Assembly: GCA_000934665.2 (NCBI GenBank)
Contig: JYFJ02002245.1
Span: 1 to 60,269, forward strand
Length of the DNA stretch: 60,269 nucleotides
DNA from: Catajapyx aquilonaris
Lineage: Eukaryota
Reading direction: 5' to 3'
Positions within the stretch are counted from its first letter, which is position 1. The number at the start of each line of letters is the position of its first letter. The notes under the pieces are model-generated. The model was not told the origin of the DNA. It ran no database searches and saw only the letters and a list, made by a program, of their open reading frames with translations. Positions 36,973-50,088 of the stretch are shown piece by piece. Both the position numbers and the translations under genes were made by a program.

Positions 36973-37029
36973 GGCTTCTACTGGACAATGTTGCTGGCTG
37001 CTGCCTTCCTTGTCCTCCACCTTCCTCCT

Positions 37030-37870
37030 ACGGAGTATTCCAGAGTGGCATTCCTCCAGGCAAAGACAAGTCAGGAGAAGGCAGTTCATGGCAATGGCTG
37101 ATGTGCAACCATCGTCCAGTGTTCGGCAATGAGAAAGGCTGAGCTTCTCAAGGCTACCCACAATGTTCGGCTTGGAGAAAAATCTTTGTACAGCCTGTGC
37201 AGTGCAGGACCTGAACGTTCCCAGGGTCAAGCTGCTATGGTTGCGCAGTTTCCCCATCCCGTCTTCCAGGCCAGCATCAGTTAAGTACTGGCAGGATTGG
37301 ATTTCCAGCTCCTCCAGCTGAGGGAAGTGTGCGAGGAGAAGGAAGGACTGCGGCTCATTGAAGGATTTAACCGTCAGTTTCCTCAGCTGTCCCCCCAAAG
37401 TACAGGCGAGCACCCCCACTTCCCTGTCTGCGTTGTCCATGGTAAGAGACACGTCGGTGAGTTTTGGGCAGTCTTGCCCGGTGGCCTTGTCTGATGGCGG
37501 AGGGATGTCCAGTGGATTCCTCAAGTAATATTATTCATCCTGTTGAAACAGCTCAGGTCGATTTCCTGTTGTTCGCTGCACCTGTGTCGTAAAAATAAAA
37601 GGAATGAACTGGCGATAAATGACACTTAACGCACCATATCAACCGTCCTTCACTCACTTTTGTGCAATCAGTTCCAGCATCGGCTGACGGTCAGCACTGG
37701 TGCGGTCACCCCAAAGCCATGCAGATGATACCAACACATATTTTCATTTTATTTTTCACCTTTTCCCGTGGCTTCTCTTCCATCCCCCTGCCCATGTCCA
37801 CCCCCTTCCTCTTCATGGCCCTTGTGTCCACAGTGTTTCAACCCTTCTCTTCAGATTCTGGCTTAACAAA
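37030..37870 (-). pseudogene. F-box-less, 3'-truncated LRR copy fused to exon 1 of copy 3
   Basis: ORF 36904-37524 reads from LRR into RRKVEDKEGSSQQHCPVEAM. Frameshift near 37530. F-box exon deleted. Confidence 0.75.
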
Positions 37871-38559
37871 ATAAATAAATAAATAAATAAATAAATAAAG
37901 CAACAAACTAGTTAGATCCGCCATCAGTTTGAAAATTCCCTTTCAAGCCAGACATGTTACGATCCATTTTGATCTGCGCCACCGTCAGTTCATTTGCCCT
38001 GATGGAGCTCGCACTTGATTGTTCATGAACAAACTGGAGTCTCGTGTCCCACAAAAAGAGCAGTGCCCTAGCAAGGGGCTGTGAAATAAGTGAATGAATA
38101 AATAAAAGGGAACTGGACGCATATTAATCACTTTCAATCATTACCGCACATTGCTTTAATTTCAATTCCAGGCGTACATTTTCAATACAGCCAAATGCGC
38201 ATACGGTGTACAAACTATCCCTGGTCATTCAACATGCGGATTCAGACACAACGCAGTATGGCAGTGATTGTCAGTTAAATAAGGCACTTCAGTCCTGCAA
38301 AGTATTGCAATCACACGTTGAACAAAGTGACAAACAGTGTGTTGGGAAAGTACAACATGAGAAATTAACAATTCCCATGAAAACTGATTGTTTCAAAAAG
38401 CATCTCAGTGACAACTGTTAACCTGAAGATTATCTCGTAAAAACTCAACCATCCTTACACATTTCAAATTCATACAGAAAATGAGTTTCACTTCCAACTC
38501 TTACATCCACCGTAAGGGCTGTACTCTTTTTTTGTTCATGTGCGACATGGAATTAGGAT

Positions 38560-40048
38560 TTAGGATACGTGACGCCGAGTGATGCGGTGCCCAGGTGCAG
38601 AAATGCGGAGGGTGCTGCTGGCCGCCCAGAACTGACCCAGGGCCTCTGCTCTGAAGTCCACCTTCCCGCAGTTGTTGAGTATGAGGTGCTGGAGGTTGCC
38701 GCATCGCCTCACCAGGTCAAGGAGCGAGGCATTGGTGACCTGGCTGCTTCTCATCAAGTAGAATTCAGTCAGGAGAGGGCAGTTCATGGCAATGGCTGAT
38801 ATGCAACTGTCGTCCACAATTGAGCAACGACCAAGGCTGAGCTTCTCCAGGCTACCCACAACGTTAGGCTTGGAGAAAAAAAATTTTAAAGCCTGTGCAG
38901 TGCAGGAGGGGAACTGGTACAGAGTCAAGCTACGGAGGTTGTGCAGTTTCCCAATCCCATCTTCCAGGCCAGCATCAGTTAAGTGGAGGCAGGAATATAA
39001 TTTCAGCACCTGCAGATGAGTGAAGTGTGCGAGGAGAAGGAAGGACTGCGGCTTCTTGAAGGATTCAACAGTCAGTTTCTTCAGCTGGCCCCCCAGAGTA
39101 CAGGCGAGCACCTCCACTTCCCAGTCAGCGTTGTCCATGAAAAGCGACACGTTGGTGAGCTTCGGCCAGTTTCTCCCGGTGACTTTGTTCGGTGGCAGAG
39201 AAACCTCAACGCCAGATATGATTATTTCCTCCAGTTCCCGACAGGAATTTAAAATGTCCAGGGGGTGTCTAGAATAGTCACTCCAGTGGAGGGCTCCTAG
39301 GTAGATGCGCTGCAGTTCACTGCACCTGCGATATAAAAATTAAATAATGAACTGATGGTAAATGACACTTTAGAAGCTACTTTAACCAAAAATTATCAGG
39401 TGACTTACTCTTGTGCAATCAGTTCTAGCACATTTTGTGACACCCGAGGTGACCCCAAATAATTGCTATAAATACTGAGGCGCTTCAGATGAGGAAGATT
39501 CTCGGCTACTACTTTCAGCAGCGAATCATGATCCTCTTCACTCCAGTTTCCCCTCAAAGTAACCGACTTCAGATGGGTCCTGTTGCTGGTGACCACCTGC
39601 ACCGATTCCTCCAGAGTGAAGTGCATGCGGTCAAAGGTGGCCTTACGCCTAATACCCATCCACTCCTTGGCCACCTTGAACCAATCCTTGCACACCAGCG
39701 TGCTCCTGTAGAAAGATTCCACGTCCAGGTACGAGAACACCTTTGCCTTCATCTCGTCAGGGAGGTGGGCAAAGGTCTTGACACTGGCCTGCAAAGAACA
39801 AAAATCAGTGCCACAGTTCCAGGCAAAAGGGTGATGGTCAGCACTGGTGCGGTCACCCCAAAGCCATGCACGTGACACCAGCATTTTTTTTTTTTTCTAT
39901 TTTATTTCACCTCTCCCTGTGGCTCCTCTTCTTCCTCCATCCCCCTGCCCATGTCCACCCTCCTTCTCTTCATGGCCCTCGTCTCCACCGTGTTCCAAGC
40001 CTTCTCTTCAGCATCCCTCACCATCTTCATCCTTCTGGTCTCCATCAT
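38560..40048 (-). CDS. F-box/LRR array copy 4; exons 40048-39911, 39788-39409, 39325-38560
   Basis: Open spliced frame, F-box HLPDEMKAKVFSYL..VCKDW, LRRs. Confidence 0.85.
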
Positions 40049-40559
40049 CTTGACTACCCTCCTCGCCCTTCCAACCACTGGATCCGGAGGCCTCCAACAA
40101 TCAACCCGCAACCCAACAACAAGGCCCGGCAGCAACAATCGACCGGAATAAGGGGAAAGGGGAATTTAAGAAAGTAATTCAGAGGCGCCGAAATTCGACC
40201 GTTCCATTGTCGGCGGCCATCTTGGACTTGCTCAACGAACCCCTGTTGCCAAATTTCTCGAAATTGGAAAACTATGGAGACGCAGTTAAGGCCTAAAAAT
40301 AATGCAATATTACGAGACAGTAACACAAATTGCCTCATGCAGGTTATGTAAATTATAACAGTTGCTTTTTAGTAGTGCAATAGAGCGAAATTTTGGGTGC
40401 GTCCGGAATTGGCGTGACGCGTCCTGCGGGTGTGTCCGAATATGAGCAGAAGGAACGGATCCAACGAGAACGGATCGGATGCATAGGTCGGAACGCGCCC
40501 AAGATGGCGGCTTGAGCTATCCATGAAATCACATGCGATAATAATTGTTCTGTGCCGTA

Positions 40560-40812
40560 CAAACTCATTACGCGATGGATATTTGATTCTCGAGGTTCCT
40601 TCGATAACGGAGGTAACCCCCAATCACTTACGGTTATTGTTGCTAGTTCGTGGCAAGGGCTCATAATGTCCCGGTAATGCTGCTTGGAGTAGCCTACTCC
40701 TCGAAATGATCTAGGTGGATGCGCTGCAGTTGGCTGCACCTGTGTCGTAAAAATTAAAATAATGAACTGATGATCAATGATGCTTTATGCACTACGTTCG
40801 CCACAAATCCGC
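40560..40812 (-). pseudogene. Internally deleted LRR exon plus intron 2 of a disrupted copy
   Basis: Acceptor and start of the LRR exon are joined directly to its 3' end. Confidence 0.7.
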
Positions 40813-42339
40813 TATCTTCATGTGTTTTTGTCATCAATGCCATATTCTCGTCGTGCTGCTTTTGCCCCTGCTGCAGCGCTTCTCTCTGTATGGCGATGAT
40901 ATCTTCCTTGACCCTTTCCGCTGCACTGCCTTTGAATTTCTTTTGCTTCTTGACTGGTCGATCAAGGTCTGAAATGATGGCACAGCACACTGTTATTTCA
41001 GTTAAGAGGATAGGCCTTAGACACTGCCTATTCAGTGTGTAAACATAATATGATGAGATTTTGCTGGGATTTAAATTAATACTGAAATTGTGGCTAAATT
41101 ATGGCCATACAGCATGTCACTTAACTGCATGCCTGCACATGCTGGTATCTCATATCTTCTGAAGGTAATGTCATGACTTCAGTCTTGCGCCGAGGTTACC
41201 TTTCACGTCTCAAATACAATTACATATAAAAAGATCCCTGTCTTGGAATACAGGTTATGCCCCTATAAATGAACCTGTCAAAGGAGGGCTTTGTCCCTTT
41301 AAGAAGGCGACTGACTGTGAGTCATACCAAGGTCATACCTGATGAGTCGCTTGGGCTAGCACTGGTTCTTTCACTGTTGTTGCTGCTAGCTTGGCTCCCT
41401 GTGGAGAGGAATGCATCAGTTGTAGCACTGTAACTTTAACCTTGGCCAATAAGGCAAGGAGCAAGCTTACCTCCAGCTCCAAGGATTGTGTCTTGGATTG
41501 CAAGTGGCTCCACGTTGGGCCTATCCCCCATTAACTCCTCCATCTCGTCCTCATATTCAAAATCCTTGCGCCCATTACCACTTGTGGAGTTGTGATCTCT
41601 TGTACGCTTAAATGCACTTTGGAGGGTCTTCCATCCGCCCATGACTTGATTGACTGAGAATTGCGTTCCTGCCGTGGCATTGACTGTCGTGGTGGTGAGC
41701 TGCCACAGGTTCTTTTTTTTGTACAGCGGGTTTTCCCACTTTTTACCCATCTCCTTTCTTGACTCCAGCAAAGCCAGTGTGGCAGAGCAATCCCAAACTA
41801 GAAAGAAAGGCAGCAACTTGTACTGTCAATTTTTAACACTCTCACTACAAGCATTCAGGCAACAGCATAATGCAGAGTGGCATGTAATGGGAATTTTTGT
41901 GACGACGTCTCGACTGACTCGACGCCCAATAAAATACAATGAATTAAATACGGCCTACCTGTGCCTGCTGACTGCCTTGTCGGTGTCCCTGCCTCGTCCG
42001 TCTCCTCACAATCACCTGCGAATAACAGGCCACGTGGTTAAAGGTTGCCTATAAATTTACTCATGTGCACTTACTTAGCTCATCGACTACGCCTTCCATT
42101 GAACTTGCGCCTTCTTCTGCCCCTTCTTCACTACTTGCACTCTGGGGGCGGCACTGGTGTTCCGCTTCATCAGCAATAAACTCCAGGCAAATAGCGCAGT
42201 ATTGGAACGCGTAGGACGCCATTGTCGGGTTCGGGAGCAGTCTTTCCCGTGGCCACTTCTTGTCACGAATCATGGAATCAGGCTCTGATTTTTCCGGTGT
42301 CTTTGCCTGGACCTCTGAGACACCCAACCCACCAGCAAC
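40813..42339 (-). other. Multi-exon Myb/SANT-like (trihelix/MADF-type) gene fragment, possibly from a PIF/Harbinger transposon
   Basis: VWDCSATLALLE...KKKNLWQ...FSVNQVMGGWKTLQSAFKRTRDHNSTSGNGRKDFEYEDEMEELMG at 41797-41471. Phase-1 exons at 42339-42075 and 42015-41959. Coiled-coil-like exon at about 40968-40813. Confidence 0.7.
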
Positions 42340-43056
42340 CTGAAACAAAATCAGATTGTCGCACATTGAATCATGGGGCCATGTGAAAATTAATGTGACA
42401 GTTCCATGCAAAATGATTGGCTGATGGTCACCACTGGTGCGGTCACGCCAAAGCCATACAGATGATACCATGACAAATTTTCATTTTATTTTCCACCTTT
42501 TTCCGTGGCTTCTCCTCCACCCACCTGCCCATGACTACCCTCTTTCTCTTCATGGCCCTTGTCTCCACAGTGTCCCAACCCTTCTCTTCAGCTTCTGGGT
42601 TAACAACAATCTAGTTACATCCGCCGTCAGTTTGAAAATTCCCTTTCACGCCAGACGTGTTATGATCCGTTTTGATCTGCGCCATCATTAATTCATATGC
42701 CTTGAAGAACCTCGCACTTGATTGTTCATGTACAAACTGGAGTCTTGTGTCCGCCAAAAAGGGCACTGGCCTAGCAAGGGGCTGTGAAATAAAATAAATA
42801 AAAGGGAACTGGCCACATAATAATAATTTTCAATCATTACCGCACATTGCTTTAATTTCAATTCCAGGCGTACATTTTCAATACAGTCAAATGTGCATTC
42901 CGTGTACCAGCACGTGGATTCAGACACCACACAGTACAGCAGTAATTGTCAATTAAATAAGGCACTGCAATCCTGCAAAGTATTGCAAGCACAAGTTTAA
43001 CAAAAGTGACAAACAGTATGTTGGGAATGTACAACATGAGAAATTAACAATGGCCA

Positions 43057-44280
43057 TTAAAAAGGATAAATTTGAACCTTGCTGTTCGCTGCCTGGAACT
43101 GAACCAGGGCCTCTGGGCTCAGGTCCAGCTTGCTGCACTGGTTGAGCTCAAGGTGGCGGAGGTTGCTGCATCTCCTCACCAGGTCTAGGACGGAGGCGTT
43201 GGTGACCCCGTTGGTCTTCACCAAGTTGAAATGAGTCAGAAGAGTGCAGTTCATGGCAATGGCTGATATGCAACTGTCGTAAAGAGCTGAGCAATAAGAA
43301 AGGCTGAGCTTCTCCAGACTACCCACAACGTTTGACTTGGAGAAAAACCTTTCTAAAGCCCAAGGAGTGCAGGACAGGAACATTCCCAGGTTCAACCTAC
43401 GAAGGTTGTGCAGTTTCCCAATCCCTTCTTCCAGGCCAGCATCAGTTATGTGGAGGCAGCATTGGACTTCCAGCTCCTCCAGCTGAGGGAAGTGTGCGAG
43501 GAGAAGGAAGTACTCCGGATTATGGAAGCATCCAAGCGTCAGTTTCCTCAGCTGGCCCCCTAGAGTGCAGGCGAGCACCTTCACTTCCCTGCCAGTCAAG
43601 CTGTCCATGAGAAGCGACATCGTAAAAATTAAATAATGAACTGATGATAAATTGACACTTTAGGAGCTACTTTCACCAAAAATTATTGGGTTACTTACTC
43701 ACGTGTGATCAGTTCTAGCACATTCTGTGACACGTAAGTATCACGAATACTGAGGCGCTTCAGCTGAGGAAGATTCTGGGCTACTACTTTCATCAGCGAA
43801 TCAGCCTCCTCTCCCTCCCAGTTCCTCAAAGTAACCGACTTCAGATGGGTCCTGTTGCTGGTGACCACCTGCACCGATTCCTTCAGAGTGAAGTGCTGAC
43901 GATCAAAGATCGCCTTGCCCCGAAGATCCAGCCACTCCGTAGCCACCTTGCACCATTCCTTGCACACCAATGCGATGCTCGTACGGAGGGTATCAGCGAA
44001 TTAGAATTTGCTACACTCCGGTCTATCAAAGTAACCCATTTCAGATAGGCCCTGCTTCTCTTGATCATACACACCCATTCTTTCGGAGTCAATTTCTGGC
44101 CGTCCAAGGTCGCCTTCTTCCTGAGACCCAGCCATTTCTGGGCCACCCTGCACCAGTCCTTGCACACCAGTGCGACACTCATCGTACGGAGGGTATTCTC
44201 CTTCAGGTCCCAACCCTTCTCTTCAGCTTCTCTCAGCATCTTAAGCTGGCTTAACAACAAACTAGTCACATACGCCATCA
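43057..44280 (-). pseudogene. F-box/LRR array copy 5, broken
   Basis: The LRR-exon acceptor and first codons are deleted at 43620. Two partial F-box exons are joined out of frame near 43990. Confidence 0.75.
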
Positions 44281-45230
44281 GTAAAATAATTCCCTTTCAC
44301 TCCAGACATGTAATGGTTCATTTTGATCTGCGCCATCATTAATTCATTTGCCCTGATGAAGCTCGCACTTGATTGTCCCCCAAAAAGGGCACTGACCTAT
44401 AGCAAGGGGCTGTGAAATAAAAAAATAAAAGGGAACTGGCCGCATATTCATCATTTTCAATCATTACCACACATTGCTTTAATGTCAATTCCAGGCGTAC
44501 ATTTTCAATACAGTCAAATGCACATTCGGTGTACAAACTACCCCTGGTCTTTCAGCATGTGGATTCAGAATGTAAATTAAATATACTAAATTTGCAACTT
44601 ATATTTATTGCAAATGGCAAATGTTAATGGGAAGGGAATTTAAAATGATTCGCATGCGGGTGCATCCTGGTAGCTTATTGCCATCTCTTTATCATTTTCC
44701 AACAGTAACTTGAATGGACTCTGTAAATAATTATTCATGTAATGTAACTGACCCAACATGAACAGGATAAGCTCTTTGGGGGGTGATGTAATGACGTGAA
44801 ACCCTGTCAGCCGAATGTGTTTAGAAGTAAAGTTACAACTGATATGCAATCTACTCCTCGGGAGCAATTTTGCGATTACTTTAGATCACGCCTGTTCTTA
44901 TTCATATTTTCAGGAGAAATTAGGATTAGCATAACTGACGCAACAAACCTTGCGAAGTTGCGTCATCTACGACTATCATATCTCGACTGTTCCATGGCTC
45001 TGCTGCTATCTGGCAGCACAACGTTGCCATGCGCCTTCTTCGCCTGACAAAATGACATAATGATCTGCTTTGAATAAGTCATAACCCCCTCACAAGGCGC
45101 GACTTAATTTTTGGATAGTGACTCTTCCGGAATGGAATTACCCTCCACCATAAGGGCTGTCCTTTTTTTTTTTTGGTTCATGTGCAACATGAAACTCTTA
45201 GGATGTGACGTTGTATCTGTGAGTGATGCG

Positions 45231-46533
45231 TCAATCAGGTGGAATCAGGCTGATGCATAAAATTTGAAGCTTGCTGTTCACAGCCTGGAACTGACCCAGG
45301 GCCTCTGCACTCACGTCCAGCTTCGTGCACCACTTGAGTTGGAGGCGCTGGAGATTGCGGCATCGCCTCACCAGGTCTAGGAGCGGGGCGTTGGTGACCT
45401 CGTGGCATTCCATCAAGTAGAAATGAGTCAGGAGAGGGCAGTTTGCAGCAATTGCCGATATGCAACTGTCGTCCACAGTTGAGTAATTCATAAGGCTGAG
45501 CTTCTCAAGGCTGCCGACCACGTTGGGCTTGGAGAAAAACCTCTGCAAACCTTGTGCAGTGCAGTGGCAGGTGTATCGCAGGGTCAAGCTACGGAGGTTG
45601 TGCAGTTTCCCAATCCCATCTTCCAGGCCAGCATCAGTTAAGTACAGGCAGAATTGGATTTCCAGCTCCTCCAGCTGCGGGAAGTGTGCGAGGAGAAGGA
45701 AGGACTGCGGCTTATTGAAGTATCCAACGATCAGTTTCCTCAGCTGGCCCCCGAGAGTGCGAGCAAGCACTTTCACTTCCCTGTCTGTGTCGTCCATGGG
45801 GCAAAGCGACAAGCTGGTGAGTTTCGGCCAGTTTCTCCTGGTGACCTTGTTTGATGGCGCAGTAACCACATAGCCAGATATGGTTAGATCCTCCAGTTTC
45901 TGACAGGACTTCAAAATGTCCAGGGGATGCCTCGAATAGTCACCCCAGCGGTAGGTGTCCAGCTGGATGCGCTGCAGTTCACTGCACCTGTGTTGTAAAA
46001 ATTAAAATAATGAGCTAATGACACTAGCTACTTCCCCCAAAAATTAGCCGGTTACTTACTCTCGTGTGATCAGTTGCAGCATATTCCGTGACACCGAGGT
46101 ATTATGAATACTGAGGCGCCTCAGATGAGGAAGATTCTCGGCTACTACTTTCATCAGCGAAGCAGCATCCTTTCCTTTCCAGTTCCTCACAGTAACGGAC
46201 TTCAGATGGGTCATGTTGGTGATGACCACATGCACCGATTCCTCCCGAGTCAAGTCCAGACGGTCAAAGGTCACCTTATCCCTAACACCCAGCCACTCCG
46301 TAGCCACCCTGCACCAATCCGCGCACACCAGTATGACGCTCCTACGGAGGGTCTTCTCTGGCAGGTATGAGAACACCTTTGCCTTCATCTCGTCAGGCAG
46401 GTCGGCAAAGGTCTTGACGATGGCCTGCAATTGTCAAGAGATATGTAAAAAGAGTAATGATCATTTTTTCAGGTACAGGTATTGCGTGCCTGGGGCAGCC
46501 CCAGTTGGCTTCATGTCACCCTGCACTCACCAT
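45231..46533 (-). CDS. F-box/LRR array copy 6 (recent duplicate of copy 3); exons ending ATG at 46531, 46424-46060, 45987-45231
   Basis: Open frame. The LRR ORF has the same length as copy 3 and is nearly identical. Confidence 0.85.
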
Positions 46534-47949
46534 GGCTTCTACTGGACAACGTTGCTGGTTGCTGCCTGCCTCGTTCTTCACCTTTCCTCCTTGGCTTCTC
46601 CTAACACGCTGGGTGCCAACTACTCGACGCTACGATGGAAAGTTAGAAACACTCTCCCAGTGACCTTGCAGTGACCCAGCACTTTATATAGGCAGCCATC
46701 TTGAATTCCTTCGACACACTCGAAAAATTCCCCCACCAAAACCAGGTGGTGATGGCCTTGGTGATGGCCTTGGTGATGGCCACCACTTGATTGTTCATGT
46801 AATACAAACTTGGGAGTCTTTCATCCCCCAAAAAGGGCACTGGCCTACCAAAGGGGCTCAGTCAGAAATAAATAAACAAATAAATAAAAGGGAATAACTC
46901 GTGGCATATTATATAATCAATTTCAATCATTATACCACACATTAATGTCAATTCCAGGCGTACATTTTCAATACAGCCAAAATGCGCATTTCGTGTACAA
47001 ACTATCCCTGGTCTTTCAACATGTGGATTCAGAATGTCAATTTAATAAGGCACTGCAATCATGGAAAGTATTGCAATCACAAGTTTAACGAAAGTGACAA
47101 AGAGTATGTACTATTAACCGCAGAAGTAATGTCGCAAGATGAGGAACATTTTGAAGGCAACCGTTTCAACATAGAGCGTACAATGGAAATACTAAAAAAT
47201 TCCCATTGTTGTGCAAAAAGGGCACATTTCAGGTGGCCCAATGAAATTGTTAGCCGCATGCTAAGAGTATGAAATTAAAGTGGTGAGTATACACACATGG
47301 TCATCTACTCATTACCCCTGAAGGGATATGACCTGCCAAAATGACACGTAATTTAAATCTCAATATTTTTTGGAGGTTATTTACGGGTTCGGAGTTACAT
47401 TGTAGAATATTAAGCCCCATTTTGCATGTATGTGGGACGCATAATTAGAGAAATTATCCTTGTAAACATCAGAATGGAAAGGTTCCCATTTTTTACCCCG
47501 TCATTTCTTGTGACCTGTAGCGGTTATCTTGTTAGAAAAATATGTCCCTCTGACCTTGACAAAATACGGTCCTAAATGACAAATGTCGATTGGCTAGAAA
47601 AAATATGTCGGGTGAACATAGTGGTATGATCTCACATGGAATTACCCAAACTAGAAATAAGTTGCACGAATAAGTAGCGGCGACATTACTTTTGCGGTTA
47701 ATAGTACAAAAGAAATTAATCCTGGCCATGAAAAGGATTGTTTCAAAAAGTAGATTAGTTACAACTGTTAACCTGAACATTATCTCGTAACAACTCAACC
47801 ATTTGTACACATTTCAAATTCCTACAGATAACCAGTTTCACTTCAAACGCATTACATCCACCATACGTGCTGTAATTTTGTTCGTTTGTTTGTTCATTTA
47901 TGCAACATGGAATTCTTAGGATGTGACGTTGTAACTGTGAGTGATCCGT

Positions 47950-48330
47950 CAAAGATGTCCAGTGGATTCCTCAAGTAATTATTCGTCCTGTCGAAACGGC
48001 TTAGGTCGATTTCCTGTAGTTCGCTGCACCTGTGTCATAAAAATAAAAGGAATGAACTGGCAATAAATGACACTTAACGCACCATATCAACCCTCCTTTA
48101 CTGACTTTTGTGCAATCAGTTCCAGCATCGGCTGATGGTCAGCACTGGTGCGGTCACCCCAAAGCCATACAGATGACACCTACACATATTTTAATTTTAT
48201 TTTTCACCTTTTCCCGTGGCTTCTCCACCTCCCTGCCCATGTCCACCCTCTTTCTCTTCATGGCCCTTGTCTCCACAGCGTCACAACCCTTCTCTTCAGC
48301 TTCTGGTTTAACAACAAGCTAGTTACATCC
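47950..48330 (-). pseudogene. Exon-1 plus partial LRR-exon remnant lacking the F-box exon
   Basis: Paralogous to 37500-37870. Confidence 0.65.
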
Positions 48331-48784
48331 GCCGTCAGTTAAAAAATTCCCTTTCACGCCAGACATGTTACGATCCATTTTGAACTGCGTCATCATTAAC
48401 TCATTTGCCCTGATGAAGCTTGCACTTGATCGTTCATGTACAAACTGGAGTCTTGTGTCCCCCAATAAGGGCACTGCCCTGGCTAGGGGCTGTGAAATAA
48501 ATGAATTATTAATTAATAAAAGGGAACATATTAATCATTTTCAATCATTACCGCATATTGCTTTAATTTCAATTCCAGGAGTACATTTCCAATACACCCA
48601 AATGCGCATACAGTGTACAAGCTATCGCTGGTCATTCAACATGTGGATTCAGACACCACGCAGTATGGCAGTGATTGTCAATTAAATAAGGCACTTCAGT
48701 CATGCAAAGTATTGCAATCACAAGTTGAACAAAGTGACAAACAGTATGTTGGGAAAGTACAACATGAGAAATTAATACTGGCCA

Positions 48785-50088
48785 TTATAATGCAGAAATT
48801 TGAACCTTGCTGTTCGCTGCCTGGAACTGAGCCCAGGCCTCTGGGCTCAGGTCCAGCTTGCTGCACCACCAGAGATGAAGGCCCTGGAGGTTGCGGCATC
48901 TTCTCACCAGGTCTAGGAGCGGGGCGTTGGTGACATGGTTGTTTCTCACCAAGCAGAAATGAGTCAGGAGAGGGCAGTTTGCAGCAATGGCTGATATGCA
49001 ACTGTCGTCAAGAGTTGAGCAATAAGAAAGGCGGAGATTCTCAAGGCTGCCGACCACGTTGGGCTTGGAGAAAAACCTTTGTAAACCCTGTGCAGTGCAG
49101 GAGGGGATCTCCGATAGGATCAAGCTACGTAGGTTGTGCAGTTTCCCAATCCCGTCTTCCAAGGCAGCATCAGTTAGGTACTCGCAGTATTGGATTTCCA
49201 GCTCCTCCAGCTGAAGGAAGTGTGCGAGGAGAAGGAAGCACTCCGGATTGGTGAAGTAATCAACCTCCAGTTTCCTCAGCTGGCCCCCCCAGAGTAAAGG
49301 CGAGCACCTCCACTTCCCTGTCAGGGTTGTGTCTGAGAAACGACACGCTGGTGAGTTTCGGCCAGTTTCTCCCGGTGATCTTGTTCGATGGCGGAGTAAC
49401 CACTTTGGCACATATGGCTATTTCCTCCAGTTCCCGACAGGAATTCAAAATGTCCATGGGAGGCCTTGAAAAGTAATTCATGCCGACTATATCTAGGTAG
49501 AAGTGCTGCAGTTCACTGCACCTGTGTTGTAAAAATTAAATAATGAACTGATGATAAATGACACTTCAGGAGCTACTTCCCCCAAAAATTAGCGGGTTAC
49601 TTACTCTTGCGCAATCACTTCCAGCATATCCTGTGACACCGGGGAATTATAAATACTGAGGCCCTTCAGATGAGGAAGATTCTCGGCTACTACTTCCAGC
49701 AGCGAGTCACCATCCTCTCCATACCAGTTCCTCAAAGTAACCCACTTCAGACGGGTCCTGTTGCTGGTGACCACCTGCACCGATTCCTCCAGTGTTAAGT
49801 CCAGATGGTCTAAGGTGGCCTTACGCCTAATACCCAGCCACTCCTTGGCCACCCTCAACCAATCTTTGCACACCAGCGTGCTCCTGTAAAGGGATTCCTT
49901 CTCCAGGTACGAGAACACCTCTGCCTTCATCTCATCAGGCAGGCTGGAAAAGGTCTTGGCGCTATCCTGCAATTGTCAAGAGATTGCTTGAGTACGTAAA
50001 AAGAGTTATAATTATTTTTTCAAGTACAGGCATTGTGTGTCTGGGGGGGCAGCCCCAGTTGGCTTCATGTCCACCCTGCACTCACCAT
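48785..50088 (-). pseudogene. F-box/LRR array copy 7 with a +1 frameshift in a C run (pseudogene or sequence error); exons ending ATG at 50086, 49966-49605, 49521-48785
   Basis: C7 at 49284-49290 versus C6 in copy 4. The frame switches at TLGG|QLRKL; otherwise intact. Confidence 0.75.

Noticed and set aside
38206..38421. Recurrent plus-strand ORF in the inter-unit spacer
   Set aside because: Frame and length are not kept across spacer copies.
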